From the NCBI GenBank assembly GCA_005879065.1, contig VBLU01000003.1, positions 1-55,847 on the forward strand: a DNA stretch of 55,847 nt. Reading direction: 5' to 3'. Position numbers and translations under genes: made by a program. Positions 51,527 to 55,847 of the stretch are shown here, in pieces (the first letter of the stretch is position 1; each line of letters begins with the position of its first letter). The notes beneath the pieces were generated by a model. That model was not told where the DNA came from. It saw only the letters and a list, made by a program, of their open reading frames with translations, and ran no database searches. Source of the stretch: Methanobacteriota archaeon. Lineage in GTDB: Archaea > Thermoplasmatota > Thermoplasmata > RBG-16-68-12.

Positions 51527-52666
51527 ATGAAATCGCTTCTCAATGAGGCCCTGGCTCGACATCAAGAAGCCGAGGCAAAGGAAGAGCGCGAGGCCGCCAA
51601 GGCTGCGAAGACGCCAGACAAAGGGAAGAACAACGACGACCAAGAGATCGAGAAGATCGTCGAATCGATCAACGTCTCGATCAAGATCGTCGGTTGCGGC
51701 GGTGGCGGGTCGAACACGGTCAACAGGTGCAGCGAGGCCGGCATCACGGGCGCCCAGCTCTGCGCCGTGAACACGGATGCGAAGCACCTTCTGTCCGTGC
51801 ACGCTCCGAAGAAGATCCTGATCGGCAAGCGGCTCACCAAGGGCCTCGGGGCCGGCGCCCTCCCCGAAGTCGGGGAGCAGGCCGCTCACGAGAACGAGGA
51901 GGAAATCCGCGAGTTCCTCCGCGGCTCCCATGTCGTGTTCATCACCGCGGGGATGGGCGGCGGTACCGGCACCGGGTCTGCCCAATACGTCGCTCGGATC
52001 GCAAAGGAGGAGGGCGCCCTCACGATGGGCGTGGTCACGATGCCCTTCAAGTCGGAGGGCCGGATCCGCATGGAGAACGCCGAGGCGGGCCTGGACAAAC
52101 TCCGCAAGTTCACCGACACCGCGATCGTGATCTACAACGACAAGCTCCTCGAACTCGTCCCGCGCCTGCCCATCAACGCGGCGTTCAAGGTGGCGGACGA
52201 AATCCTCATGCAGTCGATCAAAGGGATGACGGAGATCATCACGAAGCCCGGACTCGTGAACCTCGACTACGCCGACTTAATGACGATCATGAAGGGCGGC
52301 GGGGTCGCGATGATCGGGATCGGTGAGAGCGAGGAAGAGCGGGACCGGATCGAGTACGCGATCAACGAGGCCCTCGAGTCTCCGTTGCTCGGCGAGGTCG
52401 ACCTCACCCACGCCCGCGGTGCCCTCGTCCGCGTCGTCGGTGGTAACGACCTGACCGTCTCCGAAGCGGAACGGGCGGCCGAGATTGTGGGTCAGAAGAT
52501 CAACCCGCAGGCCCGGATCATCTGGGGATGTTCCGTCGACGACGAACTGGAGCACACGGTGCGCGTCCTGCTCGTGATCACCGGCGTGAAGTCGAAGTCC
52601 CTCCTCGGCAAAGAAGTGTATACCGGTCCGGTGAAGACCTCGGCCGAAGTGGACGAAGTACGCTGA
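51527..52666 (+). CDS. ftsZ: cell division protein FtsZ
   Basis: Tubulin signature GGGTGTG ([14 protein letters not shown]), plus NTDAKHL and [11 protein letters not shown]. Confidence 0.95.
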   Translation: MKSLLNEALARHQEAEAKEEREAAKAAKTPDKGKNNDDQEIEKIVESINVSIKIVGCGGGGSNTVNRCSEAGITGAQLCAVNTDAKHLLSVHAPKKILIGKRLTKGLGAGALPEVGEQAAHENEEEIREFLRGSHVVFITAGMGGGTGTGSAQYVARIAKEEGALTMGVVTMPFKSEGRIRMENAEAGLDKLRKFTDTAIVIYNDKLLELVPRLPINAAFKVADEILMQSIKGMTEIITKPGLVNLDYADLMTIMKGGGVAMIGIGESEEERDRIEYAINEALESPLLGEVDLTHARGALVRVVGGNDLTVSEAERAAEIVGQKINPQARIIWGCSVDDELEHTVRVLLVITGVKSKSLLGKEVYTGPVKTSAEVDEVR

Positions 52667-52717
52667 CCTCCTCCTCTTTTTCCGAACCTTTTTCCGTTTC
52701 TTCCCCATCGCGCAAGT

Positions 52718-52941
52718 GTGAGCACCCATCGGCCGCGGTACCGGTACGTCGCGTTCCGGCTCGAGAGTCGGGTCTCATCCGAACGACGAACCTCGAGAAG
52801 GACGCGGCAATCGCGGCCCTGAATGGGATCGAGGCGATGGCGGGAGAGGCGGTCCATGTGACCACGGTCGGTACCTCCGGGACGATCCGGGCCGCGACGC
52901 GCAAGTACCTGACTCCGCGGGCCCGCGCGCGGCGCGACTGA
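52718..52941 (+). pseudogene. rnp2: RNase P protein component 2 (Pop5/Rpp14 family), apparent -1 frameshift and internally shortened
   Basis: Frame 2 from GTG 52718 gives VSTHRPRYRYVAFRLES, with 14 of the 15 codons from 52721 to 52765 ending in G or C. Coding bias then switches to frame 1: ESGLIRTTNLEKDAAIAALNGIEAMAGEAVHVTTVGTSGTIRAATRKYL... It sits at the Pop5 position of the exosome superoperon. Confidence 0.5.
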
Positions 52942-52992
52942 CAAAAGAACCCTTATAAGTGACCGCTTTATTAGCGGCCCGAGGTTTATCAA

Positions 52993-53718
52993 ATGCAGCC
53001 GGGCCAGATGGCATACGACCGCGCGATCACGGTCTTCAGCCCCGACGGCCGCCTGTTTCAGGTCGAGTACGCACGCGTCGCCGTGACCCGTGGGAACACC
53101 ACGGTCGGCCTGAAGTTCAAGAACGGAATCGTCCTGATGGCCGACAAGAAGCTCGGTTCCCGGCTCGTAGAGACCGCTTCGATTGAGAAGATCTTCCAAA
53201 TCGACGACCACGTCGGGGCGGCGACCTCGGGCCTCGTCGCGGATGCCCGGGTCCTCGTGGACTATGCCCGCCTGGTGGCACAGATCAACAAGGTCACGTA
53301 CAGCGAAAAGATTGGAGTCGACCTCCTCGTGAAGCGCATCTGCGATTACAAACAGAACTACACGCAGTACGGCGGGGTCCGGCCCTTCGGGACCGCGTTG
53401 CTCGTCGCGGGCGTGGACGATCTCGGAACCCATCTGTTCGAGACAGACCCGAGCGGCGCCCTCGTATCGTACAAGGCGGGCAGCATCGGACAGGGCCGTC
53501 AGGCCGTCATGGAGCTGCTCGAGGAAAAGTACAAAGAGGGGATGACCCAGGACGATTCCATCGTCCTCGGTCTCGAAGCTTTGCAGAAGGCCTCCGAAGG
53601 CGAGAAGCTCGACGCGCGGGCGATCGAGGTCGGCCTCATCGTCGAGGGCGAGAAGTTCCGTCGCCTCCCGGAATCGGAAGTGGGCCAGTACCTCACCCGG
53701 GTACCGACGGCGTCCTAG
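52993..53718 (+). CDS. psmA: proteasome subunit alpha
   Basis: YDRAITVFSPDGRLFQVEYA N-terminal alpha-subunit signature. Confidence 0.95.
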   Translation: MQPGQMAYDRAITVFSPDGRLFQVEYARVAVTRGNTTVGLKFKNGIVLMADKKLGSRLVETASIEKIFQIDDHVGAATSGLVADARVLVDYARLVAQINKVTYSEKIGVDLLVKRICDYKQNYTQYGGVRPFGTALLVAGVDDLGTHLFETDPSGALVSYKAGSIGQGRQAVMELLEEKYKEGMTQDDSIVLGLEALQKASEGEKLDARAIEVGLIVEGEKFRRLPESEVGQYLTRVPTAS

Positions 53719-53726
53719 GCGACCTC

Positions 53727-54377
53727 ATGCCTAAAGAACTCCGCAGCGACCGACGCGACGATATTTTCAAGGAATACGTGATCGCTCGCGTCGAGAAGTC
53801 GGGCGAGAAGTTCGAGATCCTCGTGAAGCCGGAGGCGGTCCAGAAGGTCCGTGACGGCAAGGACGTGGACCTCCTGAAGGAACTCGCGATTGACGAGATT
53901 TTCAAGGACGCCCACAAGGGCTCGAAGGCGTCTGAGGACAAGATGGCCGAGTTCTTCGGGACGACGGAGCCCCTCGTCCAGTACATCGCGGCGAACGCGA
54001 TCAACCCGCAGACCAGCACTCCCCATCCACCCCAGCGCATCGAGAACGCGATGGAGGAGGCCAAGGTCCACATCGACCCGTTCAAGCCGATCGAGGAGCA
54101 GGTGAAGGAGGTCCTCGACGCGCTGCGGCCCCTCATCCCGATCCGCTTCGAGAAGGTCCGGATTGCGGTCAAGTTGAGCGCGGAAGACAGCGCGAAATCC
54201 TACGGGGACATCAAGGGATACGGCACGATCCTGAAAGAGGAGTGGTCCCCGACGGGAGCTTGGCTCGGCGTCGTCGAGATGCCCGCGGGCCTGCAAACGG
54301 ACTTCCTGGAGCGGTTGAACGCGAAGACGAAAGGAAACGTGGAGACGCGGATCCTGAAGGCGGACCAGCGAGTCTGA
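53727..54377 (+). CDS. SBDS-family ribosome maturation protein
   Basis: VIARVEKSGEKFEILVKPE...DEIFKDAHKGSKAS (FYSH domain). It sits at the conserved position between psmA and rrp4. Confidence 0.88.
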   Translation: MPKELRSDRRDDIFKEYVIARVEKSGEKFEILVKPEAVQKVRDGKDVDLLKELAIDEIFKDAHKGSKASEDKMAEFFGTTEPLVQYIAANAINPQTSTPHPPQRIENAMEEAKVHIDPFKPIEEQVKEVLDALRPLIPIRFEKVRIAVKLSAEDSAKSYGDIKGYGTILKEEWSPTGAWLGVVEMPAGLQTDFLERLNAKTKGNVETRILKADQRV

Positions 54378-54420
54378 GCCGGACGGAGTACCAGGACGTG
54401 GCATCGAAAGGCACTCCCCC

Positions 54421-54651
54421 ATGACGAGCGGTCGGGCACTTCGTTGGATTTCGCCTCGGAGCGGCTTCGTAGCCGTCACCCTCTTGACCGGTCTCTGCCT
54501 CGCGGCGACCATCCTGTTTGCGCTCCTCACGACGATGTCCTCCTTCCTGCTCGCGTGGGTGGCCCTGACGGCGATCCTTGCGGGGACTTCGGTCTACGCC
54601 TGGTGGGACTGGAAGCACCCGCCGAAGGGACCGAATCCTCCCGGTCGCTGA
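54421..54651 (+). CDS. small membrane protein (2 TM helices, Pro-rich tail)
   Basis: 76-aa ORF: FVAVTLLTGLCLAATILFALL and FLLAWVALTAILAGTSVYAWW, then KHPPKGPNPPGR. Confidence 0.45.
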   Translation: MTSGRALRWISPRSGFVAVTLLTGLCLAATILFALLTTMSSFLLAWVALTAILAGTSVYAWWDWKHPPKGPNPPGR

Positions 54652-54735
54652 CCCTGCGCCGGGACGTTCCCTTCGAAACCGGAAGCCTCAAGTAGCGGCC
54701 TCCATTTCGACGCCGTGCGTGAGAGAGAAACACAC

Positions 54736-55434
54736 ATGCAGGGTAGCGGGTCGCTCCGCCCGATTGTCATTCCGGGCGAAGCCGTCGGCGGCCCCGGACT
54801 GAAGCCGGGACCTGGAACGTACAGCGAAGGCGGACAGCTTTTCGCGGCGCAATTGGGGATTCGGAACGAGCAGGACGGGCTCGTCAGCGTGATCCCGCTG
54901 AACGGGCGGTACATTCCCCAACGGGGCGATGCGGTGATCGGCGAGGTCACCGACCTCGGTGCCTCCCACTGGCTCGTCGACATCAACTCCCCCTATCCCG
55001 CGCCCCTTCACGCGACCGAGTCGCCGTGGCGGGTCGAGTTCGGCGACACCGCGCGGTACCTGAAGGTCGGCGACGTGATCATGGCGCACGTGTTGAGCGT
55101 GGACGAGATCAAGCGGGTCCAGCTCACGATGCAGGAACATGAGGCACGCCGGCTGAACGGCGGCATGGTGATGGAGATCTCCCCGACGAAGGTTCCGCGG
55201 GTCATCGGGAAGCAGGGGAGCATGGTCTCCCTGATCAAGGACCTCACCCACTGCCAGATCTACGTCGGGCAGAACGGCCGGATTTGGCTGGACGGGAATG
55301 ACCGCGACACCGCGATCGCCGCGCGGGCGATCCGACTAATCGAGGAACGCGCCCAGGCGTCCGGCCTTACGGAAGCCGTGCGCGAGCTGATCGAAGGGGC
55401 GCAGCGGGAGACGCGAGGGCCCAGGCCCTCCTGA
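54736..55434 (+). CDS. rrp4: exosome complex RNA-binding protein Rrp4
   Basis: ORF 54715..55434, ATG 54736. S1 domain ([20 protein letters not shown]) and KH domain ([16 protein letters not shown]). Confidence 0.9.
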   Translation: MQGSGSLRPIVIPGEAVGGPGLKPGPGTYSEGGQLFAAQLGIRNEQDGLVSVIPLNGRYIPQRGDAVIGEVTDLGASHWLVDINSPYPAPLHATESPWRVEFGDTARYLKVGDVIMAHVLSVDEIKRVQLTMQEHEARRLNGGMVMEISPTKVPRVIGKQGSMVSLIKDLTHCQIYVGQNGRIWLDGNDRDTAIAARAIRLIEERAQASGLTEAVRELIEGAQRETRGPRPS

Positions 55435-55447
55435 GGAGCGACTGCAC

Positions 55448-55847
55448 ATGGAAGATATCGAGCACATCGAGAAAGAGATGAAGTTGATCAAAGCGGATGG
55501 ACGGCGGTTGGACGGTCGGAAGGCGGATGAACTGAGGCCGGTGCGGATCGAGGCGGGCGTGCTGCGTCGGGCGGATGGTTCCGCATACATCGAATGGGGC
55601 GGGAACAAGGTGCTTGCGGCCGTCTACGGACCGCGGGAGGCCCACCCGCGTCACTTGCAAGACCCCGCCCGGGCGCTCGTCCAGTGCCGATACAACATGG
55701 CGCCCTTCAGTGTCTCCGACCGGAAGCGACCTGGGCCGGATCGACGGTCCGTCGAGATCTCGAAGGTAATCTCGGAGGCGTTCTCGGCCGTCGTGTTCAA
55801 GGAACAATTCCCTCGGACCTCGGTCGATATCTTCATTGAGGTCCTCC
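55448..55847 (+). CDS. rrp41: exosome complex exonuclease Rrp41 (RNase PH fold), 5-prime partial at the right edge
   Basis: Hand-translated from ATG 55448: [64 protein letters not shown]...[25 protein letters not shown]... Not in the ORF track because it has no stop. Confidence 0.92.
   Translation, partial: MEDIEHIEKEMKLIKADGRRLDGRKADELRPVRIEAGVLRRADGSAYIEWGGNKVLAAVYGPREAHPRHLQDPARALVQCRYNMAPFSVSDRKRPGPDRRSVEISKVISEAFSAVVFKEQFPRTSVDIFIEVL

Noticed and set aside
1-55847. Mobile elements, defence islands, prophage, rRNA or a CRISPR-Cas locus
   Set aside because: I recognised no integrase, transposase, Cas, restriction-modification, toxin-antitoxin or phage structural signatures in any frame. 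Gene content and tight operon packing are those of core chromosome. The only compositional anomalies are short AT-rich promoter-like islands.

Overview
GC-rich (strong GC3 bias) archaeal chromosomal segment with about 70 tightly packed genes. Archaeal identity is secure: TBP, ribosomal protein S17e, RNase P proteins Rpp21 and Pop5, ATP-dependent DNA ligase, RNase HII, FtsZ, proteasome alpha and an SBDS-Rrp4-Rrp41 exosome superoperon. Gene content suggests a Thermoplasmatota-like heterotroph, but that is inference only. Metabolic blocks: (1) a Leu / alpha-aminoadipate-type chain-elongation cluster (synthase, large and small dehydratase subunits, dehydrogenase). (2) A lipoate-dependent 2-oxoacid dehydrogenase complex (E1alpha, E1beta, E2, E3) with lipB and lipA and a second orphan E1alpha. 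(3) FixABCX-type electron-transfer flavoprotein genes with a V4R-domain protein. (4) Scattered beta-oxidation genes: an acyl-CoA ligase, two crotonases and hbd. Also present are three EamA/DMT transporters and two ABC-2 exporter operons. I found no CRISPR array, rRNA, transposase, integrase or recognisable defence genes; this looks like core genome, not an island. Most notable observations: an initiator tRNA-Met carrying two introns, one of them in the T-loop; an 84-aa basic ORF bracketed exactly by two copies of a 20-bp palindrome; two paralogous glycoprotein-like surface proteins with polyproline cytoplasmic tails; a TPR gene wedged between E1alpha and E1beta; a Cys-less alkyltransferase-like domain fused to endonuclease V; tandem KaiC-like ATPases upstream of ftsZ; a possible CBS-HPF/RaiA fusion; a 12-codon poly-lysine micro-ORF with its own promoter and SD; and two genes (an ABC ATPase and Pop5) that look internally deleted and frameshifted. 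Many long ORFs in the supplied track are antisense GC-shadow ORFs and were rejected. The ORF track prints GTG and TTG starts as M, so several starts were re-picked by hand and remain uncertain by a few codons.
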